DNA from: Auanema rhodensis
Taxonomy: Eukaryota > Animalia > Nematoda
Length of the DNA stretch: 64,000 bases
NCBI GenBank assembly: GCA_964057225.1
Contig: OZ059896.1
Span: 2,790,001 to 2,854,000 of the forward strand
Direction of reading: 5' to 3'
The notes under the pieces were generated by a model, which worked only from the letters and a program-made list of their open reading frames with translations, had not been told where the DNA came from and searched no databases. Positions within the stretch are counted from its first letter, which is position 1; every line of letters begins with the position of its first letter. The position numbers and the translations under genes are program-made. Shown piece after piece: positions 1-13,000 of the stretch.

Positions 1-176
1 AAAGTCATGGTTACCATGAACCAATATCAATAAAAATTTGTTTTTAAACTAATATGGACATGGGGAATCTAATTTTGAAAACCGCATCTCTTTATCTTTC
101 ACGTGAAGCGAGTTACATACCTAGTGCACATCACGTGTACATTTAATTAGCATAAATTAAAGTTCACGTAAATTTC
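1..176 (+). repeat. Representative 176-bp monomer
   Basis: Contains GGTTACC (BstEII, 9-15), CACGTG twice (PmlI, 100-105 and 132-137), GTGCAC (ApaLI, 124-129) and TGTACA (BsrGI, 136-141). Common polymorphic positions across the array: 5, 19, 28, 39, 47, 49, 54, 56, 63, 78, 82, 85, 90, 96, 120-122, 142. Confidence 0.98.
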
Positions 177-3100
177 AAAGTCATGGTTACCATGAACCAA
201 TATCAATAAAAATTTGTTTTTACACTAATTTGGACATGGGGAATCTAATTTTGAAAACCGCATCTCTTTATCTTTCAAGTGAAACGAGTTACATACCAAG
301 TGCACATCACGTGTACATTTAATTAGCATAAATTAAAGTTCACGTAAATTTCAAAGACATGGTTACCATGAACCAATATCAATAAAAATTTGTTTTTAAA
401 CTAATATGGACATGGGGAATCTAATTTTGAAAACCGTATCTCTTTATCTTTCACGTGAAGCGAGTTACATACCTAGTGCACATCACGTGTACATTTAATT
501 AGCATAAATTAAAGTTCACGTAAATTTCAAAGTCATGGTTACCATGAACCAATATCAATAAAAATTTGTTTTTAAACTAATATGGACATGAGGAATCTAA
601 TTTTGAAAACCGCATCTCTTTATCTTTCACGTGAAGCGAGTTACATACCTAGTGCACATCACGTGTACATTTAATTAGCATAAATTAAAGTTCACGTAAA
701 TTTCAAAGTCATGGTTACCATGAACCAATATCAATAAAAATTTGTTTTTAGACTAATATGGACATGGGGAATCTAATTTTGAGAACCGCATCTCTTTATC
801 TTTCACGTGAAGCGAGTTACATATAAAGTGCACATCACGTGTACATTTAATTAGCATAAATTAAAGTTCACGTAAATTTCAAAGTCATGGTTACCATGCA
901 CCAATATCAATAAAAATTTGTTTTTAGACTAATATGGACATGGGGAATCTAATTTTGAAAATCGCATCTCTTTATCTTTCACGTGAAGCGAGTTACATAC
1001 CAAGTGCACATCACGTGTACATTTAATTAGCATAAATTAAAGTTCACGTAAATTTCAAAGTCATGGTTACCATGAACCAATATCAATAAAAATTTGTTTT
1101 TAGACTAATATGGACATGGGGAATCTAATTTTGAAAACCGCATCTCTTTATCTTTCACGTGAAGCGAGTTACATATAAAGTGCACATCACGTGTACATTT
1201 AATTAGCATAAATTAAAGTTCACGTAAATTTCAAAGTCATGGTTACCATGCACCAATATCAATAAAAATTTGTTTTTAAACTAATATGGACATGGGGAAT
1301 CTAATTTTGAGAACCGTATCTCTTTATCTTTCACGTGAAGCGAGTTACATACCTAGTGCACATCACGTGTACATTTAATTAGCATAAATTAAAGTTCACG
1401 TAAATTTCAAAGTCATGGTTACCATGCACCAATATTAATAAAAATTTGTTTTTAGATTAATATGGACATGGGGAATCTAATTTTGAAAACCGCATCTCTT
1501 TATCTTTCACGTGAAGCGAGTTACATACCAAGTGCACATCACGTGTACACTTAATTAGCATAAATTAAAGTTCACGTAAATTTCAAAGTCATGGTTACCA
1601 TGCACCAATATCAATAAAAATTTGTTTTTAAACTAATATGGACATGGGGAATCTAATTTTGAAAACCGTATCTCTTTATCTTTCACGTGAAGCGAGTTAC
1701 ATACCTAGTGCACATCACGTGTACATTTAATTAGCATAAATTAAAGTTCACGTAAATTTCAAAGTCATGGTTACCATGCACCAATATCAATAAAAATTTG
1801 TTTTTAGACTAATATGGACATGGGGAATCTAATTTTGAAAACCGCATCTCTTTATCTTTCACGTGAAGCGAGTTACATATAAAGTGCACATCACGTGTAC
1901 ATTTAATTAGCATAAATTAAAGTTCACGTAAATTTCAAAGTCATGGTTACCATGCACCAATATCAATAAAAATTTGTTTTTAAACTAATATGGACATGGG
2001 GAATCTAATTTTGAAAACCGTATCTCTTTATCTTTCACGTGAAGCGAGTTACATACCTAGTGCACATCACGTGTACATTTAATTAGCATAAATTAAAGTT
2101 CACGTAAATTTCAAAGTCATGGTTACCATGCACCAATATTAATAAAAATTTGTTTTTAGATTAATATGGACATGGGGAATCTAATTTTGAAAACCGCATC
2201 TCTTTATCTTTCACGTGAAGCGAGTTACATACCAAGTGCACATCACGTGTACACTTAATTAGCATAAATTAAAGTTCACGTAAATTTCAAAGTCATGGTT
2301 ACCATGCACCAATATCAATAAAAATTTGTTTTTAGACTAATTTGAACATGGGGAATCTAATTTTGAAAACCGCATCTCTTTATCTTTCACGTGAAGCGAG
2401 TTACATACCAAGTGCACATCACGTGTACATTTAATTAGCATAAATTAAAGTTCACGTAAATTTCAAAGTCATGGTTACCATGAACCAATATCAATAAAAA
2501 TTTGTTTTTAGACTAATATGGACATGGGGAATCTAATTTTGGAAACCGCATCTCTTTATTTTTCACGTGAAGCGAGTTACATACCAAGTGCACATCACGT
2601 GTACATTTAATTAGCATAAATTAAAGTTCACGTAAATTTCAAAGTCATGGTTACCATGCACCAATATCAATAAAAATTTGTTTTTAGACTAATATGGACA
2701 TGGGGAATCTAATTTTGAAAATCGCATCTCTTTATCTTTCACGTGAAGCGAGTTACATACCAAGTGCACATCACGTGTACATTTAATTAGCATAAATTAA
2801 TGTTCACGTAAATTTCAAAGTCATGGTTACCATGAACCAATATCAATAAAAATTTGTTTTTAGACTAATATGGACATGGGGAATCTAATTTTGAAAACCG
2901 CATCTCTTTATCTTTCACGTGAAGCGAGTTACATATAAAGTGCACATCACGTGTACATTTAATTAGCATAAATTAAAGTTCACGTAAATTTCAAAGTCAT
3001 GGTTACCATGCACCAATATTAATAAAAATTTGTTTTTAGATTAATATGGACATGGGGAATCTAATTTTGAAAACCGCATCTCTTTATCTTTCACGTGAAG

Positions 3101-6100
3101 CGAGTTACATACCAAGTGCACATCACGTGTACACTTAATTAGCATAAATTAAAGTTCACGTAAAATTCAAAGTCATGGTTACCATGCACCAATATCAATA
3201 AAAATTGGTTTTTAGACTAATATGGACATGGGGAATCTAATTTTGGAAACCGCATCTCTTTATTTTTCACGTCAAGCGAGTTACATACCAAGTGCACATC
3301 ACGTGTACATTTAATTAGCATAAATTAAAGTTCACGTAAATTTCAAAGTCATGGTTACCATGCACCAATATCAATAAAAATTTGTTTTTAGACTAATATG
3401 GACATGGGGAATCTAATTTTGAAAATCGCATCTCTTTATCTTTCACGTGAAGCGAGTTACATACCAAGTGCACATCACGTGTACATTTAATTAGCATAAA
3501 TTAAAGTTCACGTAAATTTCAAAGTCATGGTTACCATGAACCAATATCAATAAACATTTGTTTTTAGACTAATATGGACATGGGGAATCTAATTTTGAAG
3601 ACCGCATCTCTTTATCTTTCACGTGAAGCGAGTTACATACCAAGTGCACATCACGTGTACACTTAATTAGCATAAATTAAAGTTCACGTAAATTTCAAAG
3701 TCATGGTTACCATGCACCAATATCAATAAAAATTGGTTTTTAGACTAATATGGACATGGGGAATCTAATTTTGAAAACCGCATCTCTTTATCTTTCACGT
3801 GAAGCGAGTTACATACCAAGTGCACATCACGTGTACATTTAATTAGCATAAATTAAAGTTCACGTAAATTTCAAAGTCATGGTTACCATGCACCAATATC
3901 AATAAAAATTCGTTTTTAGACTAATTTGGACATGGGGAATCTAATTTTGAAAACCGCATCTCTTTATCTTTCACGTGAAGCGAGTTACATACCGAGTGCA
4001 CATCACGTGTACATTTAATTAGCATAAATTAAAGTTCACGTAAATTTCAAAGTCATGGTTACCATGAACCAATATCAATAAAAATTTGTTTTTAGACTAA
4101 TATGGACATGGGGAATCTAATTTTGGAAACCGCATCTCTTTATTTTTCACGTGAAGCGAGTTACATACCAAGTGCACATCACGTGTACATTTAATTAGCA
4201 TAAATTAAAGTTCACGTAAATTTCAAAGTCATGGTTACCATGCACCAATATCAATAAAAATTTGTTTTTAGACTAATATGGACATGGGGAATCTAATTTT
4301 GAAAATCGCATCTCTTTATCTTTCACGTGAAGCGAGTTACATACCAAGTGCACATCACGTGTACATTTAATTAGCATAAATTAAAGTTCACGTAAATTTC
4401 AAAGTCATGGTTACCATGCACCAATATCAATAAAAATTTGTTTTTAGACTAATATGGACATGGGGAATCTAATTTTGAAAATCGCATCTCTTTATCTTTC
4501 ACGTGAAGCGAGTTACATATAAAGTGCACATCACGTGTACATTTAATTAGCATAAATTAAAGTTCACGTAAATTTCAAAGTCATGGTTACCATGCACCAA
4601 TATTAATAAAAATTTGTTTTTAGATTAATATGGACATGGGGATTCTAATTTTGAAAACCGCATCTCTTTATCTTTCACGTGAAGCGAGTTACATACCAAG
4701 TGCACATCACGTGTACATTTAATTAGCATAAATTAAAGTTCACGTAAATTTCAAAGTCATGGTTACCATGCACCAATATCAATAAAAATTCGTTTTTAGA
4801 CTAATTTGGACATGGGGAATCTAATTTTGAAAACCGCATCTCTTTATCTTTCACGTGAAGCGAGTTACATACCGAGTGCACATCACGTGTACATTTAATT
4901 AGCATAAATTAAAGTTCACGTAAATTTCAAAGTCATGGTTACCATGAACCAATATCAATAAAAATTTGTTTTTAGACTAATATGGACATGGGGAATCTAA
5001 TTTTGAAAACAGCATCTCTTTATCTTTCACGTGAAGCGAGTTACATACCGAGTGCACATCACGTGTACATTTAATTAGCATAAATTAAAGTTCACGTAAA
5101 TTTCAAAGTCATGGTTACCATGAACCAATATCAATAAAAATTTGTTTTTAGACTAATATGGACATGGGGAATCTAATTTTGAAAACCGCATCTCTTTATT
5201 TTTCACGTGAAGCGAGTTACATACCAAGTGCACATCAAGTGTACATTTAATTAGCATAAATTAAAGTTCACGTAAATTTCAAAGTCATGGTTACCATGCA
5301 CCAATATCAATAAAAATTTGTTTTTAGACTAATATGGACATGGGGAATCTAATTTTGAAAATCGCATCTCTTTATCTTTCACGTGAAGCGAGTTACATAC
5401 CAAGTGCACATCACTTGTACATTTAATTAGCATAAATTAAAGTTCACGTAAATTTCAAAGTCATGGTTACCATGAACCAATATCAACAAAAATTTGTTTT
5501 TAGACTAATATGGACATGGGGAATCTAATTTTGAAAATCGCATCTCTTTATCTTTCACGTGAAGCGAGTTACATATAAAGTGCACATCACGTGTACATTT
5601 AATTAGCATAAATTAAAGTTCACGTAAATTTCAAAGTCATGGTTACCATGCACCAATATTAATGAAAATTTGTTTTTAGATTAATATGGACATGGGGAAT
5701 CTAATTTTGAAAACCGCATCTCTTTATCTTTCACGTGAAGCGAGTTACATACCAAGTGCACATCACGTGTACACTTAATTAGCATAAATTAAAGTTCACG
5801 TAAATTTCAAAGTCATGGTTACCATGCACCAATATCAATAAAAATTGGTTTTTAGACTAATATGGACATGGGGAATCTAATTTTGAAAACCGCATCTCTT
5901 TATCTTTCACGTGAAGCGAGTTACATACCAAGTGCACATCACGTGTACATTTAATTAGCATAAATTAAAGTTCACGTAAATTTCAAAGTCATGGTTACCA
6001 TGCACCAATATCAATAAAAATTTGTTTTTAGACTAATTTGGACATGGGGAATCTAATTTTGAAAACCGCATCTCTTTATCTTTCACGTGAAGCGAGTTAC

Positions 6101-6512
6101 ATACCAAGTGCACATCACGTGTACATTTAATTAGCATAAATTAAAGTTCACGTAAATTTCAAAGTCATGGTTACCATGAACCAATATCAATAAAAATTTG
6201 TTTTTAGACTAATATGGACATGGGGAATCTAATTTTGGAAACCGCATCTCTTTATTTTTCACGTGAAGCGAGTTACATACCAAGTGCACATCACGTGTAC
6301 ATTTAATTAGCATAAATTAAAGTTCACGTAAATTTCAAAGTCATGGTTACCATGCACCAATATCAATAAAAATTTGTTTTTAGACTAATATGGACATGGG
6401 GAATCTAATTTTGAAAATCGCATCTCTTTATCTTTCACGTGAAGCGAGTTACATACCAAGTGCACATCACGTGTACATTTAATTAGCATAAATTAAAGTT
6501 CACGTAAATTTC

Positions 6513-9500
6513 AAAGTCATGGTTACCATGAACCAATATCAATAAAAATTTGTTTTTAGACTAATATGGACATGGGGAATCTAATTTTGAAAACCGCATC
6601 TCTTTATCTTTCACGTGAAGCGAGTTACATATAAAGTGCACATCACGTGTACATTTAATTAGCATAAATTAAAGTTCACGTAAATTTCAAAGTCATGGTT
6701 ACCATGCACCAATATTAATAAAAATTTGTTTTTAGATTAATATGGACATGGGGAATTTAATTTTGAAAACCGCATCTCTTTATCTTTCACGTGAAGCGAG
6801 TTACATACCAAGTGCACATCACGTGTACATTTAATTAGCATAAATTAAAGTTCACGTAAATTTCAAAGTCATGGTTACCATGCACCAATATCAATAAAAA
6901 TTTGTTTTTAGACTAATATGGACATGGGGAATCTAATTTTGAAAATCGCATCTCTTTATCTTTCACGTGAAGCGAGTTACATACCAAGTGCACATCACGT
7001 GTACACTTAATTAGCATAAATTAAAGTTCACGTAAATTTCAAAGTCATGGTTACCATGCACCAATATCAATAAAAATTGGTTTTTAGACTAATATGGACA
7101 TGGGGAATCTAATTTTGAAAACCGCATCTCTTTATCTTTCACGTGAAGCGAGTTACATACCAAGTGCACATCACGTGTACATTTAATTAGCATAAATTAA
7201 AGTTCACGTAAATTTCAAAGTCATGGTTACCATGCACCAATATCAATAAAAATTCGTTTTTAGACTAATTTGGACATGGGGAATCTAATTTTGAAAACCG
7301 CATCTCTTTATCTTTCACGTGAAGCGAGTTACATACCAAGTGCACATCACGTGTACATTTAATTAGCATAAATTAAAGTTCACGTAAATTTCAAAGTCAT
7401 GGTTACCATGAACCAATATCAATAAAAATTTGTTTTTAAACTAATATGGACATGGGGAATCTAATTTTGAAAACCGCATCTTTTTATCTTTCACGTGAAG
7501 CGAGTTACATACCTAGTGCACATCACGTGTACATTTAATTAGCATAAATTAAAGTTCACGTAAATTTCAAAGTCATGGTTACCATGCACCAATATCAATA
7601 AAAATTTGTTTTTAAACTAATATGGACATGGGGAATCTAATTTTGAAAACCGCATCTCTTTATCTTTCACGTGAAGCGAGTTACATACCTAGTGCACATC
7701 ACGTGTACATTTAATTAGCATAAATTAAAGTTCACGTAAATTTCAAAGTCATGGTTACCATGAACCAATATCAATAAAAATTTGTTTTTAAACTAATATG
7801 GACATGGGGAATCTAATTTTGAAAACCGCATCTCTTTATCTTTCACGTGAAGCGAGTTACATACCTAGTGCACATCACGTGTACATTTAATTAGCATAAA
7901 TTAAAGTTCACGTAAATTTCAAAGACATGGTTACCATGAACCAATATCAATAAATATTGTTTTAAACTAATATGGACATGGGGAATCTAATTTTGAAAAC
8001 CGCATCTCTTTATCTTTCACGTGAAGCGAGTTACATACCTAGTGCACATCACGTGTACATTTAATTAGCATAAATTAAAGTTCACGTAAATTTCAAAGTC
8101 ATGGTTACCATGCACCAATATCAATAAAAATTTGTTTTTAAACTAATATGGACATGGGGAATCTAATTTTGAAAACCGTATCTCTTTATCTTTCACGTGA
8201 AGCGAGTTACATACCTAGTGCACATCACGTGTACATTTAATTAGCATAAATTAAAGTTCACGTAAATTTCAAAGTCATGGTTACCATGAACCAATATCAA
8301 TAAAAATTTGTTTTTAGACTAATATGGACATGGGGAATCTAATTTTGAAAACCGCATCTCTTTATCTTTCACGTGAAGCGAGTTACATATAAAGTGCACA
8401 TCACGTGTACATTTAATTAGCATAAATTAAAGTTCACGTAAATTTCAAAGTCATGGTTACCATGCACCAATATTAATAAAAATTTGTTTTTAGATTAATA
8501 TGGACATGGGGAATTTAATTTTGAAAACCGCATCTCTTTATCTTTCACGTGAAGCGAGTTACATACCAAGTGCACATCACGTGTACATTTAATTAGCATA
8601 AATTAAAGTTCACGTAAATTTCAAAGTCATGGTTACCATGCACCAATATCAATAAAAATTTGTTTTTAGACTAATATGGACATGGGGAATCTAATTTTGA
8701 AAATCGCATCTCTTTATCTTTCACGTGAAGCGAGTTACATACCAAGTGCACATCACGTGTACACTTAATTAGCATAAATTAAAGTTCACGTAAATTTCAA
8801 AGTCATGGTTACCATGCACCAATATCAATAAAAATTGGTTTTTAGACTAATATGGACATGGGGAATCTAATTTTGAAAACCGCATCTCTTTATCTTTCAC
8901 GTGAAGCGAGTTACATACCAAGTGCACATCACGTGTACATTTAATTAGCATAAATTAAAGTTCACGTAAATTTCAAAGTCATGGTTACCATGCACCAATA
9001 TCAATAAAAATTCGTTTTTAGACTAATTTGGACATGGGGAATCTAATTTTGAAAACCGCATCTCTTTATCTTTCACGTGAAGCGAGTTACATACCAAGTG
9101 CACATCACGTGTACATTTAATTAGCATAAATTAAAGTTCACGTAAATTTCAAAGTCATGGTTACCATGAACCAATATCAATAAAAATTTGTTTTTAAACT
9201 AATATGGACATGGGGAATCTAATTTTGAAAACCGCATCTTTTTATCTTTCACGTGAAGCGAGTTACATACCTAGTGCACATCACGTGTACATTTAATTAG
9301 CATAAATTAAAGTTCACGTAAATTTCAAAGTCATGGTTACCATGCACCAATATCAATAAAAATTTGTTTTTAAACTAATATGGACATGGGGAATCTAATT
9401 TTGAAAACCGCATCTCTTTATCTTTCACGTGAAGCGAGTTACATACCTAGTGCACATCACGTGTACATTTAATTAGCATAAAGTTCACGTAAATTTCAAA

Positions 9501-10023
9501 GTCATGGTTACCATGAACCAATATCAATAAAAATTTGTTTTTAAACTAATATGGACATGGGCAATCTAATTTTGAAAACCGCATCTCTTTATCTTTCACG
9601 TGAAGCGAGTTACATACCTAGTGCACATCACGTGTACATTTAATTAGCATAAATTAAAGTTCACGTAAATTTCAAAGACATGGTTACCATGAACCAATAT
9701 CAATAAATATTGTTTTAAACTAATATGGACATGGGGAATCTAATTTTGAAAACCGCATCTCTTTATCTTTCACGTGAAGCGAGTTACATACCTAGTGCAC
9801 ATCACGTGTACATTTAATTAGCATAAATTAAAGTTCACGTAAATTTCAAAGTCATGGTTACCATGCACCAATATCAATAAAAATTTGTTTTTAAACTAAT
9901 ATGGACATGGGGAATCTAATTTTGAAAACCGTATCTCTTTATCTTTCACGTGAAGCGAGTTACATACCTAGTGCACATCACGTGTACATTTAATTAGCAT
10001 AAATTAAAGTTCACGTAAATTTC
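6513..10023. repeat. Tandem duplication of a 10-monomer block (6513-8270 / 8271-10023)
   Basis: Same order of monomer types. Shared rare markers: GGAATTTAA (monomers 6689/8447), CATCTTTTTATC (7393/9151) and the 174-bp TAAATATTGTTTTAAAC monomer (7921/9674). Confidence 0.9.
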
Positions 10024-13000
10024 AAAGTCATGGTTACCATGAACCAATATCAATAAAAATTTGTTTTTAAACTAATATGGACATGAGGAATCTAATTTTG
10101 AAAACCGCATCTCTTTATCTTTCACGTGAAGCGAGTTACATACCTAGTGCACATCACGTGTACATTTAATTAGCATAAATTAAAGTTCACGTAAATTTCA
10201 AAGTCATGGTTACCATGCACCAATATCAATAAAAATTTGTTTTTAAACTAATATGGACATGGGGAATCTAATTTTGAAAACCGTATCTCTTTATCTTTCA
10301 CGTGAAGCGAGTTACATACCTAGTGCACATCACGTGTACATTTAATTAGCATAAATTAAAGTTCACGTAAATTTCAAAGTCATGGTTACCATGAACCAAT
10401 ATCAATAAAAATTTGTTTTTAAACTAATATGGACATGAGGAATCTAATTTTGAAAACCGCATCTCTTTATCTTTCACGTGAAGCGAGTTACATACCTAGT
10501 GCACATCACGTGTACATTTAATTAGCATAAATTAAAGTTCACGTAAATTTCAAAGTCATGGTTACCATGCACCAATATCAATAAAAATTCGTTTTTAGAC
10601 TAATTTGGACATGGGGAATCTAATTTTGAAAACCGCATCTCTTTATCTTTCACGTGAAGCGAGTTACATACCAAGTGCACATCACGTGTACATTTAATTA
10701 GCATAAATTAAAGTTCACGTAAATTTCAAAGTCATGGTTACCATGAACCAATATCAATAAAAATTTGTTTTTAAACTAATATGGACATGGGGAATCTAAT
10801 TTTGAAAACCGCATCTTTTTATCTTTCACGTGAAGCGAGTTACATACCTAGTGCACATCACGTGTACATTTAATTAGCATAAATTAAAGTTCACGTAAAT
10901 TTCAAAGTCATGGTTACCATGCACCAATATCAATAAAAATTTGTTTTTAAACTAATATGGACATGGGGAATCTAATTTTGAAAACCGCATCTCTTTATCT
11001 TTCACGTGAAGCGAGTTACATACCTAGTGCACATCACGTGTACATTTAATTAGCATAAATTAAAGTTCACGTAAATTTCAAAGTCATGGTTACCATGAAC
11101 CAATATCAATAAAAATTTGTTTTTAAACTAATATGGACATGGGGAATCTAATTTTGAAAACCGCATCTCTTTATCTTTCACGTGAAGCGAGTTACATACC
11201 TAGTGCACATCACGTGTACATTTAATTAGCATAAATTAAAGTTCACGTAAATTTCAAAGACATGGTTACCATGAACCAATATCAATAAAAATTTGTTTTA
11301 AACTAATATGGACATGGGGAATCTAATTTTGAAAACCGCATCTCTTTATCTTTCACATGAAGCGAGTTACATACCTAGTGCACATCACGTGTACATTTAA
11401 TTAGCATAAATTAAAGTTCACGTAAATTTCAAAGTCATGGTTACCATGCACCAATATCAATAAAAATTTGTTTTTAAACTAATATGGACATGGGGAATCT
11501 AATTTTGAAAACCGTATCTCTTTATCTTTCACGTGAAGCGAGTTACATACCTAGTGCACATCACGTGTACATTTAATTAGCATAAATTAAAGTTCACGTA
11601 AATTTCAAAGTCATGGTTACCATGAACCAATATCAATAAAAATTTGTTTTTAAACTAATATGGACATGAGGAATCTAATTTTGAAAACCGCATCTCTTTA
11701 TCTTTCACGTGAAGCGAGTTACATACCTAGTGCACATCACGTGTACATTTAATTAGCATAAATTAAAGTTCACGTAAATTTCAAAGTCATGGTTACCATG
11801 AACCAATATCAATAAAAATTTGTTTTTAGACTAATATGGACATGGGGAATCTAATTTTGAAAACCGCATCTCTTTATCTTTCACGTGAAGCGAGTTACAT
11901 ATAAAGTGCACATCACGTGTACATTTAATTAGCATAAATTAAAGTTCACGTAAATTTCAAAGTCATGGTTACCATGCACCAATATCAATAAAAATTTGTT
12001 TTTAGACTAATATGGACATGGGGAATCTAATTTTGAAAATCGCATCTCTTTATCTTTCACGTGAAGCGAGTTACATACCAAGTGCACATCACGTGTACAT
12101 TTAATTAGCATAAATTAAAGTTCACGTAAATTTCAAAGACATGGTTACCATGAACCAATATCAATAAAAATTTGTTTTAAACTAATATGGACATGGGGAA
12201 TCTAATTTTGAAAACCGCATCTCTTTATCTTTCACGTGAAGCGAGTTACATACCTAGTGCACATCACGTGTACATTTAATTAGCATAAATTAAAGTTCAC
12301 GTAAATTTCAAAGTCATGGTTACCATGAACCAATATCAATAAAAATTTGTTTTTAAACTAATATGGACATGGGGAATCTAATTTTGAAAACCGCATCTCT
12401 TTATCTTTCACGTGAAGCGAGTTACATACCTAGTGCACATCACGTGTACATTTAATTAGCATAAATTAAAGTTCACGTAAATTTCAAAGACATGGTTACC
12501 ATGAACCAATATCAATAAAAATTTGTTTTAAACTAATATGGACATGGGGAATCTAATTTTGAAAACCGCATCTCTTTATCTTTCACGTGAAGCGAGTTAC
12601 ATACCTAGTGCACATCACGTGTACATTTAATTAGCATAAATTAAAGTTCACGTAAATTTCAAAGTCATGGTTACCATGCACCAATATCAATAAAAATTTG
12701 TTTTTAAACTAATATGGACATGGGGAATCTAATTTTGAAAACCGTATCTCTTTATCTTTCACGTGAAGCGAGTTACATACCTAGTGCACATCACGTGTAC
12801 ATTTAATTAGCATAAATTAAAGTTCACGTAAATTTCAAAGTCATGGTTACCATGAACCAATATCAATAAAAATTTGTTTTTAAACTAATATGGACATGAG
12901 GAATCTAATTTTGAAAACCGCATCTCTTTATCTTTCACGTGAAGCGAGTTACATACCTAGTGCACATCACGTGTACATTTAATTAGCATAAATTAAAGTT

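Noticed and set aside
7-33. Repeated mini-ORF ATG GTT ACC ATG AAC CAA TAT CAA TAA and possible repeat-protein coding
   Set aside because: Only 8 codons. The 176-bp period is not a multiple of 3 and stop codons are frequent on both strands, so no long ORF can run through the array.
29-34. AATAAA polyadenylation signal in each monomer and TATAAA TATA-like motif in A-type monomers
   Set aside because: Expected by chance in AT-rich DNA; no gene context or transcription evidence.
61-65. G-quadruplex potential from GGGG
   Set aside because: Only one G-run per 176 bp, too sparse for an intramolecular G4.
1-176. Assignment to known satellites of similar length (Brassica CentBr, Arabidopsis CEN178, alpha satellite, honeybee AluI) or to 5S rDNA/tRNA-derived repeats
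   Set aside because: Only the length is similar. I recognise no sequence similarity, AGCT site, or Pol III A/B/C boxes; a database search is needed.
130-240. Point-centromere-like layout: CDEI match ATCACGTG, 77-bp spacer, then TGTTTTTA resembling the start of CDEIII
   Set aside because: The essential CDEIII CCG core is missing, the spacer is only about 77% AT rather than >90%, and point centromeres are single-copy.
3909-3930. CENP-B box in TTCG-containing variants
   Set aside because: TTCG is not followed by the required A and CGGG positions (TTCGNNNNANNCGGG).
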